DNA from: Nemertoderma westbladi
Lineage: Eukaryota > Animalia > Xenacoelomorpha
Direction: 5' to 3'
DNA length: 64,000 nt
NCBI GenBank assembly: GCA_032718475.1
Contig: JAUCBJ010004176.1
Coordinates: forward strand, 1-64,000
The position numbers and the translations under genes were made by a program. Below, piece after piece: positions 50,741-63,839 of the stretch. The first letter of the stretch is position 1. Every line of letters starts with the position of its first letter. The notes below the pieces were generated by a model. It made no database searches and was not told the origin of the DNA. It saw nothing but the letters and a program-made list of their open reading frames with translations.

Positions 50741-51904
50741 AACTCAGATAGTAAAAATAAATCTTATTAAATAAATTAAGTTAAATTAATAAATTAAATC
50801 TGCAGTTAAATCTCACCTCCGTGTGCAATGTAAAAATAGGTACAATAGTCCTACAGTAAGTTATTAGTTTAGTAATTATTTACTATTTATACTGTAATTA
50901 CGTTTTATACTAAATTGTTCTGCACATTACATCTTTATCGTTGAGTCGGGCATTGTCACGCTCTCATTAAAGTAAAGGACCCCCTTGGAAATAAGCTGCA
51001 AAGCTTTAGGGGTAATCCTATATGTTATGTTGGACAATACCTACAGTATATACTGTACATTGTATGGTGTTTAGTATTTATTATTGTTTTTACATAATGT
51101 ATCCATCACTATACCTATCTATCTGTAAAACCGATCAGTTGCAAAGATACAAACATTGATAGTACTGCATGTCAACCGCAGAAAAATTGACATCATCCAA
51201 GCATGTACTGTACTAACTAATCGAAATCCCTCAAAACTTTCTTAAAGGACTGAGCCTCTTTTTGGGCATTATCTACTGTATTTTGAGCAGGGAATTTGAG
51301 AATCTTCTGAAAAGTTGAACCTGATGGTGTGCGGAATGATGGAGAATAAACTTGCTTCAATTCATCGATTGATCTAAACGTCTTCGAATGTTCTTAATTA
51401 TAAACAAAGTTTTCTGAACAACTTACTCGTAATATACAGTAGCTCTGAAGTATGGCATTAATGTTGTCTTTCGTAGGAATCCGACGGGAAGGTGCGGTGC
51501 TAGGTGCGCGTCAGGTACAAGCAATCCACGGCGATCTTTCAAGGATTGGGACATGTTGTTTAGACAAGAGTCCAAGAAAGATTCTACTGTAGTGTCATAC
51601 CGTATGTATCACACAGCATTTCCTCGTGGTCAACATCAAAATAACAATATTTGAAAATATTTTTATTTTAGTAAGCCAATACCCGAATTGATTGACACCA
51701 AAAGCAAGTATTGTACTGTACCAAATATAACTGCCGGATGCTATCTGTGAAATCATGAAAATGTTGGTTTTTCAGTTAAGCAACAATAACAGACCAGGCG
51801 GCACGGCAAGGTGTAGTGTACTGTATATTTGCAGAAAGCACTACAGACCATCTACAGGTAGTCAAGTGTCTAAGTACAGTACTAGCCTACTCTTCGGGCT
51901 TTGC

Positions 51905-52254
51905 AGTTAGCATTAGTACAGTGTGGGGAGTAGTCGAGTAGCACTAACAGTTAGCATTATTACGATGTGCGAAGTAGTCGAGTAGCACTAACAGTTAGCA
52001 TTATTACGATGTGCGAAGTAGTCGAGTAGCACTAACAGTTAGCATTATTACGGTGTGCGGAGTAGTCGAGTAGCACTAACAGTTAGCATTAGTATGGTGT
52101 GGGGAGTAGTCGAGTAGCACTAACAGTTAGCATTAGTACGGTGTAAGGATTAGTCGGGTAGCACTAACAGTTAGCATTAGTACGGTGTAAGGATTAGTCG
52201 GGTAGCACTAACAGTTAGCATTAGTACGGTGTAAGGAGTAGTCGGGTAGCACTA
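51905..52254. repeat. 44-bp minisatellite, about 8 copies
   Basis: AGTTAGCATTAGTACGGTGTRRGGAGTAGTCGAGTAGCACTAAC. Confidence 0.92.
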
Positions 52255-52720
52255 TGTACGCGCTTTTAAGACCTTTGGCAGTTTAACCCGCCAAATCTAT
52301 ATGTCTTCTAGGTTATAAATCTACTCCAGCCTATGACAAGTATTGAACACCTATAATAATTCTAACATTAGCCAAAGCCAGTCTGTGCGCGACCATTCAC
52401 CCGCTGGATATACCCGGGAGACTGGATTTGGATGCTTTAATTTGATTGCGGTGCAGGCCTACCGTACTATTCGATTGATCGTTAATATATAATCTCTGAC
52501 GAATATTATTCACTTTAGGGAAATATTAGCAGTTCCTTTAGGACGTGGCGCTCTATCTATTTAAACAGAGCTATGACTTACACTATACACAACAGTATGT
52601 CTTATAGATCACCAAAGTGCATTCTTTAGGAAATGCTTTGTTACTCGGTCAAGCACACACAGACTATTACACACAACTGCACACTGAATTGCCGACATTC
52701 ACTAATTTTAATCATATATG
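52255..52720 (-). mobile_element. Diverged, inverted partial LTR (3' part) of the neighbouring BEL family
   Basis: Reverse-complement similarity to about 54590-55054, for example TAGCTCTGTTTAAATAGATAGAGCGCCACGTCCTAAAGGAACTG; ends ...GCGCGTACA. Confidence 0.85.
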
Positions 52721-53786
52721 GGTTTATACATATCAGTTGTGTTCTGTTCGCTGGCAAGATGCGAATTCGTCCCAATTTTCTGTTAGTAACGGCGTTAGAC
52801 AAGGTTCTGTAATCTCGCCCATCTTGTTCTGCGTTGTCCTCAATATACTTATTGTAACTCTCAGGGCTGCCGGAGTCGGTTGTCATATTGGTTCGGTTTT
52901 TTATGGAGTGCTAGTTTACGCGGATGACATTTTGCTTCTTAATCCATCGGTGGTAGGTTTACAATTTATGGTAAATATATGTCTTACGTTCTGTCGTCGT
53001 TACAATCTTCGCCTCAGCACAGACATAGATCCGAATAAAAGTAAATCAAAATGTATACCTTTCAATGTTGTCTGGAATCCTCCCAACGTTAAAATTGTTG
53101 TTAATGGTCTATACCTACCTTGGGTTCGTGAGGCGCGCCATCTTGGGAATACTATCGACTTCAAATGTTCAATGTCCATCGATATAAATAGAAAGCGTGG
53201 CGAATTCTTTGGGAAGCTGGCTAATCTGAGACAGGAATTTAGTTTCGCTTCGCCAGGTGTCTTATCCCGTGTGCAACGTCTGTACTGTATGAATTTTTAT
53301 GGGAGCCCACTGTGGGACTTGTGGTCACCGCAATGCACTCAAGTACTTACTACATGGAATAAAAATATTAGGCGGGTTTGGGGATTACCGTTTAATTCTC
53401 ACCGTTTCATTGTTGAGAATATAGTAGATTTTTGTCATCCTTGGGTTATGCTTTGTAAACAATTCGTATCTTTTACATTGAGTTTACGTGCTTCTAATAA
53501 ATTGTGCATTCGCTTGTTAGCTAATCTAACGGAATTTGATTGTAGAACGAGAACTGGGTTAAATCTAAGGCGCATTGCCAATGTTTGTAATATTGATAAT
53601 CTATTTAATCTAAATGCTAAATGTGTTTCGTCTGTGTTGGTATATTCTAGAACTTCTAGTGATAACTTGTGGCGAATTGGTGTATGTAAGGATCTATGTA
53701 ATGTACTCGCCGGAGATAATATGTCTGTTGAAGGCTTCTCCAGAGTAGAGTTACTTGATATAGTGAATTACGTCTCATCTTATTAA
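52721..53786 (+). mobile_element. 5'-truncated LINE (RTE-X/Proto2-like) reverse transcriptase C-terminal half
   Basis: GVRQGSVISPILF...VYADDILLL...RHLGN. The N-terminal 35 aa of the listed ORF are LTR-derived. Clade assignment is tentative. Confidence 0.88.
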
Positions 53787-56700
53787 GCGTTAATCATTCC
53801 TCTTATTAATTTTAGTGGTATTATATTACTTACCTAATATAGACTTTTGTGCTAGGTTATATAACCATTATGTAAAAGCTTTTGTGGGATAACTGATACG
53901 TTTGCCTTTGCTGGCCAGTTCCCCCCAGTCGCTAGAATACTCTCAAAGGGATTTATAACTAAAATAGTGCAAGCTACCAGCTTATTGGCTGATGTGCTGT
54001 ACGGAGATATCTGGGCTCAGTTTAATCGGCCAACTAGCTTAGAGAGGTTGCCTTAGCCTTGCTGTTCGTGTCAGCCAATAGAATTTGCGTAGGCGTTGAT
54101 TTCGACCTATCCCAGCGCTACTGAACTGAATTTCCTATCTCACTGCTCATCCTCTGTGTTGAACGGGGCTTCGTGGAATAAGAGTTTTTGGTATACTCGT
54201 ATAGTAGTAGTAGTCACATGTTTCTGTTGTTGTGTTCCCATTTTTCGCCATAACACCGGCTTTTGGAACAACTCTAGTAAAACTGCTTAGATTATAGAAA
54301 GTATAACTGTTACCGGCGGTGTTACCTCACTTAATTTAACTGCACTAATCATATTGTTTGTACTGCTATTTACCGTCAGTTATTAATTGTATCTATTTGT
54401 TGATGGAAATATTGCTCTTTGGAGAATACGGATAAATCACCCAAAATTCCCAATTTTCTTGATACACTACAGGTTAGAGAGGCGGGCTATATATAACAAT
54501 TGCGATTTATATCAATGTGGTGTGTATTGAATCTAATGTTATTTAGTAGACACTACCTGAGTCAATTGCTGTTCTCTTTATGTGTGATCAAATATACTGA
54601 CGGTCGGCAGAATAGTGTGCATGATTGTGAGTGTGATGTGACTGGTAACAAAGCATTTCCTAAAGAATGCGACTTATACTTTAATCATAAGCCTTATCGT
54701 TGCGTTTAGTATAAGTCCTAGCTCTGTTTAAATAGATAGAGCGCCACGTCCTAAAGGAACTGTTAATATTTCCCGAAAGTTAATAATATCTGTCAGAAAT
54801 TACATATTAGCGATCAATCGAATAATACAGTAGGCTTACACTGCAACCTTACACTGCAATAATAAAATCTAAGCATCCGAATTCAGCCTCCCGGGTGTAG
54901 ATCCATCGGGTGAATGATCGCGCATGGGCTGGCTTCGGCTAATGTTTTGTTTATTAGCATAAAATATTGTCGTATGCTAAAGGTGTGTTAATTAACTAAA
55001 AGACATATAAATTTTGGCAGGTTAAACTGCTAAAGGTCTTCAAAAGCGCGAACAGTAACAGTTATAATCTTATTGCAGTAGGCAATAAGGTTGCAAAATA
55101 CCGTAATAACCGGTATTTCTGTAGGTCTGTAGGCCCAACTGTCCTAACCGGTACTGCTGTATAAGTACATTAGTATTATTCGATTTTGATTATTGTACAC
55201 CGGTAGGTCTTGATACTTAATCAGGGAACGGCCGCCCTGGTTTTTTATTGAGATTTTACTTATTTCTGTCGGTTTTATTTACTAGTAGGCTAATATTGAG
55301 CAGAAGGCGTGTGACCCTGCTCAGATTGTTCAGATAATTGTAGGCTGAGCTGCTGTCTGACTGTTGTTGGGTTTGGAGAGATTACGGCGTGTGTAGAGTT
55401 TGTCTGATAAAGTGCCGTTAGTAAGTTGGGGCAGCCATATGCTGTAAGGCCAATCCCCTCTTAAAGAATAAGTCGTACTACCGTGTTAGAACGCATACTA
55501 ACTAACTGTTTCAGAATCTGCACATACTGTAGTTTGTTTAGGCTTGATAGTAGTCTGCCAGCGTTTGGTTTGTATTTTGTTTGAGTATTCTGTACGGGTA
55601 GCGTAATATTTATTATTCAGAGTTTATGCGATTATTCGCAACATTCATGTCCCCAAGTTTATTCCTACAGTAATTGTGTTTGTTACACATACCGTTATAG
55701 TTAAATTAACCCCGGTACTACATCAGGGCTGCTTGGCGTAGGTAAAGACTGACGACTTTGTGCTTCGGTCACTCCAGCAGATGCCGTGGTTCTTTTAACT
55801 GTTCAAGTATATTTAACTACTGATTATTTGTTATACCGGTACTTGTACCTAATTTAGGGTTTAGTGTACAGTGCTTTCCGAAGTAATTAGTGTAGGCAGT
55901 ATATTTGTGTTGTAAAGTGGTTGATAGGCACATTCGTTAGCTCTATTAGCTTCTGGGTAGGAACAATCCGTGATACATAACGTAGTACCTATAGCGATAC
56001 GGATAGGTCGTCAGGCGGTGGTATTTTCCTATCTGGACAGTACAATATATTTACTACTACTTATTATTTCAAATACTGTAGTACCCTGTCCGTTGTAATA
56101 ACCAGAAATCTAACCCTTTGTTAGGCTGGTTTGTAGACTTCCTGTAAAATTACCCTAAAAATTCGTACGTAATATTTTTGTTGTGTTTAATTAGAGATTT
56201 AATCTCACTCGTATCGTAAGTAATTTGTAGATAAGTAACTTAGGCCAGTAGAATTATCTGTTTTAGTGTCTCAATAAGTAACACTTCACTGAGAGCGCAC
56301 AGCTTCTGTGTAGTGACTCCCCCAGAAATAATAACATTTATTTCAAATATTGACAAAAACCCATTTTAAACGGGTATATAAATATTATAAATCAACTCAA
56401 ACGATTTATAAATAGTAGGCCTGCCATACAACAACTAGGTCTCAATATCAGTTGGACTACTGCTTAAATAACGGTAATAAAGTAAGTTAAAGTAACCAAG
56501 TAACCCTAAAATATTCAGAAATTCAATTATTCTAAAATAATTGACATACCAGTATTTACCATAGGCTTATTATATTTATTTCTATAAATTTGAGCTGAAA
56601 TCATACCGGTACTCTGTAATTAATTCTAGTCCATAATTATACTTATATATACTATCAGTGTAAGCTGTATACCGGTATTCACGATAGGCCTATTATATAT

Positions 56701-56897
56701 TTATATATATTTGTGCTAAAATTATATACCGGTACTCTGTGACAAACCTAGTTTACAATACTTATATATACTATAAGTGTATACCGGTATTCTAATATAT
56801 TGTAATTAATTACCGGTACTAGGCTAACAGTGATACTGAATTACTAGACTTGCTTTGACTATAATATAGCAGTAGGCATTCAACTGTACAATCAAAC

Positions 56898-59800
56898 ATG
56901 TCTGACACAAAACGGGCACTGTCAGATAGTTCGGATCCCCTTCTCATCCTTCCTGTAGCCGTACTCAAAAGGGTATTGATTGCGGTGGAGGAGCACCAGA
57001 TGGATTGGGCGAAAAGTGAGCGATCGACCAAGGATAGTTATGCGGGATACACGAAGGAGGAACTGAAGTCTATTGTCGAGAAGCAATGGAATTTCCCCGG
57101 ACCCGGACTCCCGTTTGGCTTGTCGGGGGCTGGCTGGGGGGACTTGTACAGGATGGGGGTGGTATGGAACACTAGGGATTCGGCTGTGTGGAAGGGGTCG
57201 GTAGCAGAATATGCACAGAGATTCTTCAGCTCTCTGCGGCGATTGGAGGATCAGCTGTTTCAGCGGCCTTACGGACCTCGGGAGCAGGAAGAGCTGCTTT
57301 ATCAAGTTCGCGAACGAGTTCTGTGGATCAGACTAATTCTTTCAGCCTATGAGAAAGTCTCAAGGATAAGCCAAGATACGTCGTTGCGGGTCGCCATAAA
57401 GACTTTGTTCTGGCGTGTGAGTCTTAAAGTCCAAACAACGACTCAATGGAAAGCTCTGCTAACCGAGCACATGACCCAAGGAGAATCAACAGACGCCGTC
57501 TTTTCTCAAGTGGAAGGTGAAGCGACGGCAGAGAAACCTCAGAAGAAGGACGCAAGCGTTACGTCACCTGATGAAGGCGATACCACTGATCCTGAAGGCG
57601 GAGGAAATAGATCTCGTTCCAACAGACGTAGAAGAATGCCTCACCGTCAGAAATTGCCTAATCTGGCCCCAGCTGGGAGAAGGCAACTAGCTAGCACAGA
57701 CTTAGGTAGTACAGAACCCACAGACCAAATTATTACAGTAGAAAGACTCCCTACTGTAGTAGATGAGCCTGAAATAATTAGGCCTGTTCTTGAAATCACC
57801 CCTTCGGTGATAGAGACACCTGTGCTCCCAGAAACTGCCTATAAATTCCCTTTGTACAGTACTAAACTACCTGTGCCCAGTAGGACTGTTCCCGAGTCCG
57901 AACCCGTCCTGGACGCCGAGCGAGAGATCAAGAATTTATCGCCCGTCGTCTCTCGCTCGCCCGCTACTACGTTGGCGACTCCCGCTTCGGCGGTTGAGTG
58001 GGTAGCTGAGGGACGACGGGAGATGGGTCTCCTGCTCGAGCAGCTGAGGGAACACTGTTTGTGCTCCTCTCAGCAAGTCCGGGAAATGGAAGAGACTGTT
58101 CAGCAGCTCAAGGGAACAGTAAGGGAAAGTAGGTTAGAGTTGCAAAAAGTGCAGCAAAGTATCGCACTAGAATGCGACAAATTAGTCAACCTACAAAAGG
58201 GAATACCAATAACCCCTGTAACAGTGTGTCAGCCTGTTAGGTCTGAAGTATTACATGCGCAAGGTGTGGAGCCTACACGCATCTACACTGCTAGTGAAGT
58301 AGAAACTCCTATAGCAAACCCTATTAAGGGTGATTATACGCCTGTTGTTAATGACATTCCCAATAGACCTGATAATAATCCGAGAAATTTATATACCGAT
58401 AACTCGATATTCAATAACACGATGGCCCAGGAAAGTTTTACGCGTCAAATGGCTAGAACCGAAGCCCGTCAAGCGGTAAAGGTTGGAGAGATAGACAAGT
58501 TCAATGTAGATGAGATGAAATGGTTACCTTTTAATGAATATTATAAAGATAACATACAGAACTCTGTGTTATCCAACGGAGAGAAACTTAGATTCCTCAT
58601 CGAGTGCTTGGAAGGACCTCCCAAGTCAATGGCGTTAAAATTTATTGGACATCCAGATGGATTAAGACAAGTTTGGGATACACTAAACATCAGGTATGGT
58701 AATAGGAATAACATAGCTAGGTATTTATATGCGAAATTAATGGCCCCCCGAAAGTTTCTTAGCAGCGGGATTATAGAGTTTTCCGATGAGATTCAGGAGA
58801 TCTGTAGACAACTAGATTGGTTAGGTAAGTCTCATGAATACCAGAATTATATGGTTGTAGGAGCCTTAGCATCTACTTTGCCCAAGGGTGGAGTAGGTAC
58901 ACGCTGGGACAAGAAGGTGTTATATACGATGGAACAACAACAACGAGACCCTACCATGGCTGATCTCGTGTCATTCTTGGATGGCGAGGTGAAATTACAA
59001 CTCCTAAAGCAATCTAGAGAGAAAACACCGGAAAATAAGGTAAGTGAGAAACCCGTTTCTAGGAGAAGAGTAACACCGGTGTGTTATACTGATGACGGCG
59101 AAAGCCAAGCTTCTCAAGAAGAAGACAGCGGGAAAGACACCGAGAAATTTTACTATGTTAACAAGACCTCAAAGAACGTAAGTAAATCTAAAGCTCGAAC
59201 CCATGACAGGAGAGAACAGGTTGCTAAGACTCCTCTTCAGTTTCCTAACAGAGTACACGGAAGAAAGCCCGAAGAAAGAACTAGAGTGCATAACGTCACC
59301 CAAAATAAGGTGAGTAACATTAAACCCAACTGTGCGCTGTGCGACGGGCCCCACCGTTTGAGTGCATGTGCGGAATTCCTAAAGAAATCCCTTGTAGACA
59401 GACGTACAGTTGTGTGGGACAAGCGGTTATGCTATAATTGCCTCAGACGCGGACACCAGCGGCGAACCTGTTACTCCGACATAAAGTGTGCAAAGTGCGG
59501 TGCGAAACATCACATCTTGTTACAAAGTGAATTCGAACGAAACAGCCCGAGTCAGGTAAGTGAGCCCAAATCACATGTCCAATTCAGTGATGTGAACGAC
59601 ACTGACCAAAGTTCTGAGTGGGAAGGATTCTATACGGACGAATTCTCCGACGCCAACGAATCCTGTTACCTAATAAATACCGCAGTGTATCGAGCACTTA
59701 CTTACAAAAAGGACACCGACAATGAGTTCTCCCCAACTAACTTTGACAGACAACCATCCTGGAAACCTTCAACTTCCAACGTAGGAATCAGAGAATTTCC

Positions 59801-60764
59801 TGTAGTGCAGGTAAGAGTTCAGGGTCCTAACAAAAGTTACATAGTGAATGCCCTCCTTGACTCCGGCAGTACAGGAACATTCATCGATCAAGAACTAGCC
59901 GAAGACATCTTTGCTGGACAACCCAAATTCCGAACTAAGTTAAATATGTCAGGAGTTATACAGGTTTGGAAATCTACCATAATGGCAGATTACTATGTAG
60001 GTGCGTTGTCCACCCCACAGGATAAATTAGGAGAACAAAGTATAAGGTCAGTAAAAATGGTAGCTATAAAGAACTTCGCTAATACCCAAGTAGAGCCTTA
60101 TAACTGGAACGAGGACAAGAGCATCCAACAACTTAAAATACCTCGATTCCAGACGGATTATCCTGGAGTGCAAATACTTATCGGCCAAAACGCGCACGAG
60201 GCGCTCGAGACATTGGAAAAACGACCTGCTCAACCGCAGCCACTACAAACCTATGCGGTAAGAACTAGAGTAGGTTGGTACTTTACTGGCCCTTCCCGCA
60301 GAACTCTCGAAGAGAGACTACCACCAGAAAGAATATGCCAGATAAATGGTTGGGAAGTGGAGAGCAGTGAAGTGGACGAACTAACTGAGGGAACACCATA
60401 CTCCTCAGATAATGACGATATTAACTCCAATGAAGATCAATGGAGACATCGCCCCGAGATGATTAATCTAGCCGACATCGCTTCCAGAGGAGCGACTCCT
60501 CAAGAACGGATAGATACTCCCGGCTGGTTAGGTGGACCCGACTCCCTAAGTAAAGAAGAAGATGAATGGCCTCCCCACCTTAACCCGGCTGAGATTAGAC
60601 AGGCCAAGGGAGCGGAGAAAGTAACACGACAACCCAATCACCCAGCTGGTCGTTTATGTTTACTGGAAAGAGACCAAAAACTGTCCGGAAACTATGGAAG
60701 GCAAGATACTCTTCCTACGACCACTTCCCTAATCCGACAAATATCTAGGGACTCCATAACATAA
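56898..60764 (+). CDS. BEL/Pao Gag-protease polyprotein without RT, RNase H or integrase
   Basis: DUF1759-like LSNGEKLRFL..CLEG...WDTLNIRYG; three knuckles CALCDGPHRLSAC, CYNCLRRGHQRRTC and CAKCGAKHH; protease ALLDSGS, ILIG, TRVGW. Confidence 0.9.
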   Translation: MSDTKRALSDSSDPLLILPVAVLKRVLIAVEEHQMDWAKSERSTKDSYAGYTKEELKSIVEKQWNFPGPGLPFGLSGAGWGDLYRMGVVWNTRDSAVWKGSVAEYAQRFFSSLRRLEDQLFQRPYGPREQEELLYQVRERVLWIRLILSAYEKVSRISQDTSLRVAIKTLFWRVSLKVQTTTQWKALLTEHMTQGESTDAVFSQVEGEATAEKPQKKDASVTSPDEGDTTDPEGGGNRSRSNRRRRMPHRQKLPNLAPAGRRQLASTDLGSTEPTDQIITVERLPTVVDEPEIIRPVLEITPSVIETPVLPETAYKFPLYSTKLPVPSRTVPESEPVLDAEREIKNLSPVVSRSPATTLATPASAVEWVAEGRREMGLLLEQLREHCLCSSQQVREMEETVQQLKGTVRESRLELQKVQQSIALECDKLVNLQKGIPITPVTVCQPVRSEVLHAQGVEPTRIYTASEVETPIANPIKGDYTPVVNDIPNRPDNNPRNLYTDNSIFNNTMAQESFTRQMARTEARQAVKVGEIDKFNVDEMKWLPFNEYYKDNIQNSVLSNGEKLRFLIECLEGPPKSMALKFIGHPDGLRQVWDTLNIRYGNRNNIARYLYAKLMAPRKFLSSGIIEFSDEIQEICRQLDWLGKSHEYQNYMVVGALASTLPKGGVGTRWDKKVLYTMEQQQRDPTMADLVSFLDGEVKLQLLKQSREKTPENKVSEKPVSRRRVTPVCYTDDGESQASQEEDSGKDTEKFYYVNKTSKNVSKSKARTHDRREQVAKTPLQFPNRVHGRKPEERTRVHNVTQNKVSNIKPNCALCDGPHRLSACAEFLKKSLVDRRTVVWDKRLCYNCLRRGHQRRTCYSDIKCAKCGAKHHILLQSEFERNSPSQVSEPKSHVQFSDVNDTDQSSEWEGFYTDEFSDANESCYLINTAVYRALTYKKDTDNEFSPTNFDRQPSWKPSTSNVGIREFPVVQVRVQGPNKSYIVNALLDSGSTGTFIDQELAEDIFAGQPKFRTKLNMSGVIQVWKSTIMADYYVGALSTPQDKLGEQSIRSVKMVAIKNFANTQVEPYNWNEDKSIQQLKIPRFQTDYPGVQILIGQNAHEALETLEKRPAQPQPLQTYAVRTRVGWYFTGPSRRTLEERLPPERICQINGWEVESSEVDELTEGTPYSSDNDDINSNEDQWRHRPEMINLADIASRGATPQERIDTPGWLGGPDSLSKEEDEWPPHLNPAEIRQAKGAEKVTRQPNHPAGRLCLLERDQKLSGNYGRQDTLPTTTSLIRQISRDSIT

Positions 60765-62390
60765 TAACATATGGAGTGGGTGTGTGACTATATCATTTTA
60801 TATTTGTTTTTATTTTATATTTATGTATGTATTATTACGTAATTTTATTATAATCGTTTTCTTTAATTTTATTTAGTAGAATGTTATTTTAGCGATTATT
60901 TAGTAAATTAGTGCAATATATTAGTGTTTATTACGTACTTAATTACTTATAATATATTTAGTGCGACGGCAAGAAATAATTATTTTTTCTCTTTCCTTAC
61001 TGTCCGTATTATATTATAAATGCGAGACTATAGTAAGATGACATGTCAGTACTTATTAAAGTACAATAAAGCCACTACTATATTTAAGTATTATTGGTAG
61101 GCAGAGTATTAGGAATGCAAAGTTCAGATCCTCGAGTCTCGGCTAAACCAAGCTCTGGGTAGACCTTGGAAACGACTTGCCTCTTCACACTGACATTGCT
61201 TCGTGCGATATTGCTCTCATACCGTATATTAAATAATACATATAGTAGCGTGATGTCCCTCTAACAGTAGCGTAAATCGCAAATAAATCTGTTAAACTTT
61301 TTGACCATCTGTAATTCTAGTCGATTAAGATATCGCGGCACCCACCGATATACTTGAAAGACAAATTCTAGAATCAGTGGTTAACGTCCCCAGACAAGTT
61401 CTGGAATAAATCGGTGCCCATCCTAAATATTAATTTAATATTTATTGAAATCTGTAAAATCTCGATCCTTTAAAATTTCTAGTCAATTAAGATATCGCAG
61501 TATTTACCGATATTCTTAGAAGGACTATTTTATAGAATTAAGGATCCTAAGTCCCCAGATATGCTCTGGAATAAAATTTGTATCAATTTAACATCAAATA
61601 ATAAAATTCACGGGACTAAATTTAAATTCATATTCAAATGAATTTCATAAATTGTCATTTTGTGCAATTTATAACATTCCCAAAATTCCAGTAATTAATA
61701 GATCATGGGAGCGGAGATTCATATTGAGTGTACTAGAGTGCGAGAATCTCCAATATATAGTCAATAGCCGATAAAATTTATAAAATCATGCATAAAGAGG
61801 ATATTGACAATTAAAGAATTACTATTAAATAACATCCCAGATCTGTATGCATGAGGATTACCCTAATTCTACCGCTAGTTTTCCATAATGTCACCATGGC
61901 AACACCCACGCTAGAATTAGAAGCAAGTTAAAAGGAACAATAAAAAGCTTACCCCATTGCGTAGCATAAGAGTATATATAGCGCACTATTAGTATCCAAG
62001 GATACATAGTAATAACGTGACATTCTGGAAGACACTGACTAACGGACAAATGGCATGCATGTGTGCAGTAAGCAATGATTGTATGGAATTTGTGCGTTTA
62101 TAGGTGAATGTTACTACTAAAGTGTGTTTACAGTAGCTAATCGCAATTGTAAAATAGCCCTAACTCTACCGAGATAACCTCAAGTGGATTCAAGCCTTTG
62201 GGACGGACAGTGGTGGGACTTGTGCCGGTTATCGTTGTCGTGCTGTTGCTACATGTTGGCGTAAACACTGCGACAGCGGTACATCGGCGCTGAGAAACCC
62301 ACTGTCCGGGGGCAAAAGCCTAGTAGGCAGCGACGCCCGCTTGCCTAAAATATTAACTTATATTGATATTAATAAACTCAGATAGCAGAT

Positions 62391-63839
62391 ATGACGGAAT
62401 TGATAGAAGATGACCTTGGTATTAGAGAGTGATATACTCTACCTTTACAAGCGTTTGTGGATAGCTTGATACGCGGTGAAGCCGATCCGACTATTACGGA
62501 GGACGATGGTCGTTATATCGAACCGCCGATGTCCCAAGAGCAACTTACGCGTGAATTGGACTATTGAAAATTAACCGCTCGCTATACGCATCGTAATGGT
62601 ACGTATATGGACTTCTTAACTACCGGCCATCCTATCGATTTACATGATACGGACGATGTAGACACCGAAAGGGAAATGGTTCTATTTAAATATCATACCC
62701 AGCGGCGTCGTAACGATAAACCGAGAATAGATCACGAAAATTCTATTCGTAACAGACTGGGAAGACGAACCAATATGTCTAGAATCTGAGGAGATTCAGC
62801 CTATCGCGCTCGGAACAGCGACAACGATTACATCCTAGAATGGTATCAAAGTCCACAGTGTCTCACTGCGTACGATTATCGCCATGCCAACTATGTTTCT
62901 CGGCAACGTTGTCGGTTATGCGCATCGAGAGACCATGTTACGCCCATGGACACAAACGTCCGCTGTTCCTATTTCCACGAACAACCGGCGATGGAAATTT
63001 ATTGCGCGTATTGCAGATTTAATAATTTGCACATTTTTGCGGTTTGCCCTCAATTTATGACTCAATGTCACCATTGTCAACTAAAGGGACGCGCCAGTTT
63101 CGATTGCCCTTTTAGTAACGATTTGGAAAGCGTAGATGAAATGATCACACTACGTTACATCAGAGCTTGGGAAGCGAGCGCTGATTTACATTGTGATTCA
63201 CGCCATCGCTATTACCCTGGACGCGCTTACGAAGGAGTTTATGCGTTCCATCCTTATTTGTTTGCCTCCGTCGAGCAGAAATCACGCCTATCAAGTTATG
63301 AACTACTGAAGCGCGTTGGAGAATGTATTTCAACCAAATATGTACGCAAATTTCTCAGGAGCATTAATCCGAGTGACATCAATTCTTACAACTTAATAAA
63401 CTTTATCCGTCAAGATCCGGCCTATGGAGACTTATTTGTCAACTCACACCCCGAGTTACAGGAAGTATATCGACGGCCTTACGAGTACCGAGCCCGCGAA
63501 CGCGAGTTGGAAAGAACCATTAAACCAAGGAAGTTTCTAACTGCCTATGGTCCACCCACGGCCCTCGTTCAGACCACTCGTAAAGGACCCGTAAGAGCGG
63601 CTGTCTTGAAACGAGCTCTCAAAGCCGTTAGACCCCTCTCCCCCGACGTTGATGTCAATCAACTCGGCACTTCGACTGGCGGATACACCGACCATAATCC
63701 TATACCCTCTGATGCAATCATATTGCACCCTTCACCCAGGAGTTATAGCCCTCCTTGTAAAGTGGCTCGCCCCAAAGAGAAAAAGAGTCTGGCTAGCTTT
63801 AAAAAACTGCGTAAACGCCGTCCGCGCATGAAAGACTAA
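62391..63839 (+). pseudogene. Second, accessory ORF of the LTR element (482 codons, three in-frame TGA; open from 62790), zinc-knuckle-like
   Basis: ATGs at 62391, 62607 and 62946 share one frame; TGA at 62430, 62565 and 62787; motifs CRLCASRDH, CAYC..LHIFAVC and CHHC..SFDC. Confidence 0.65.
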
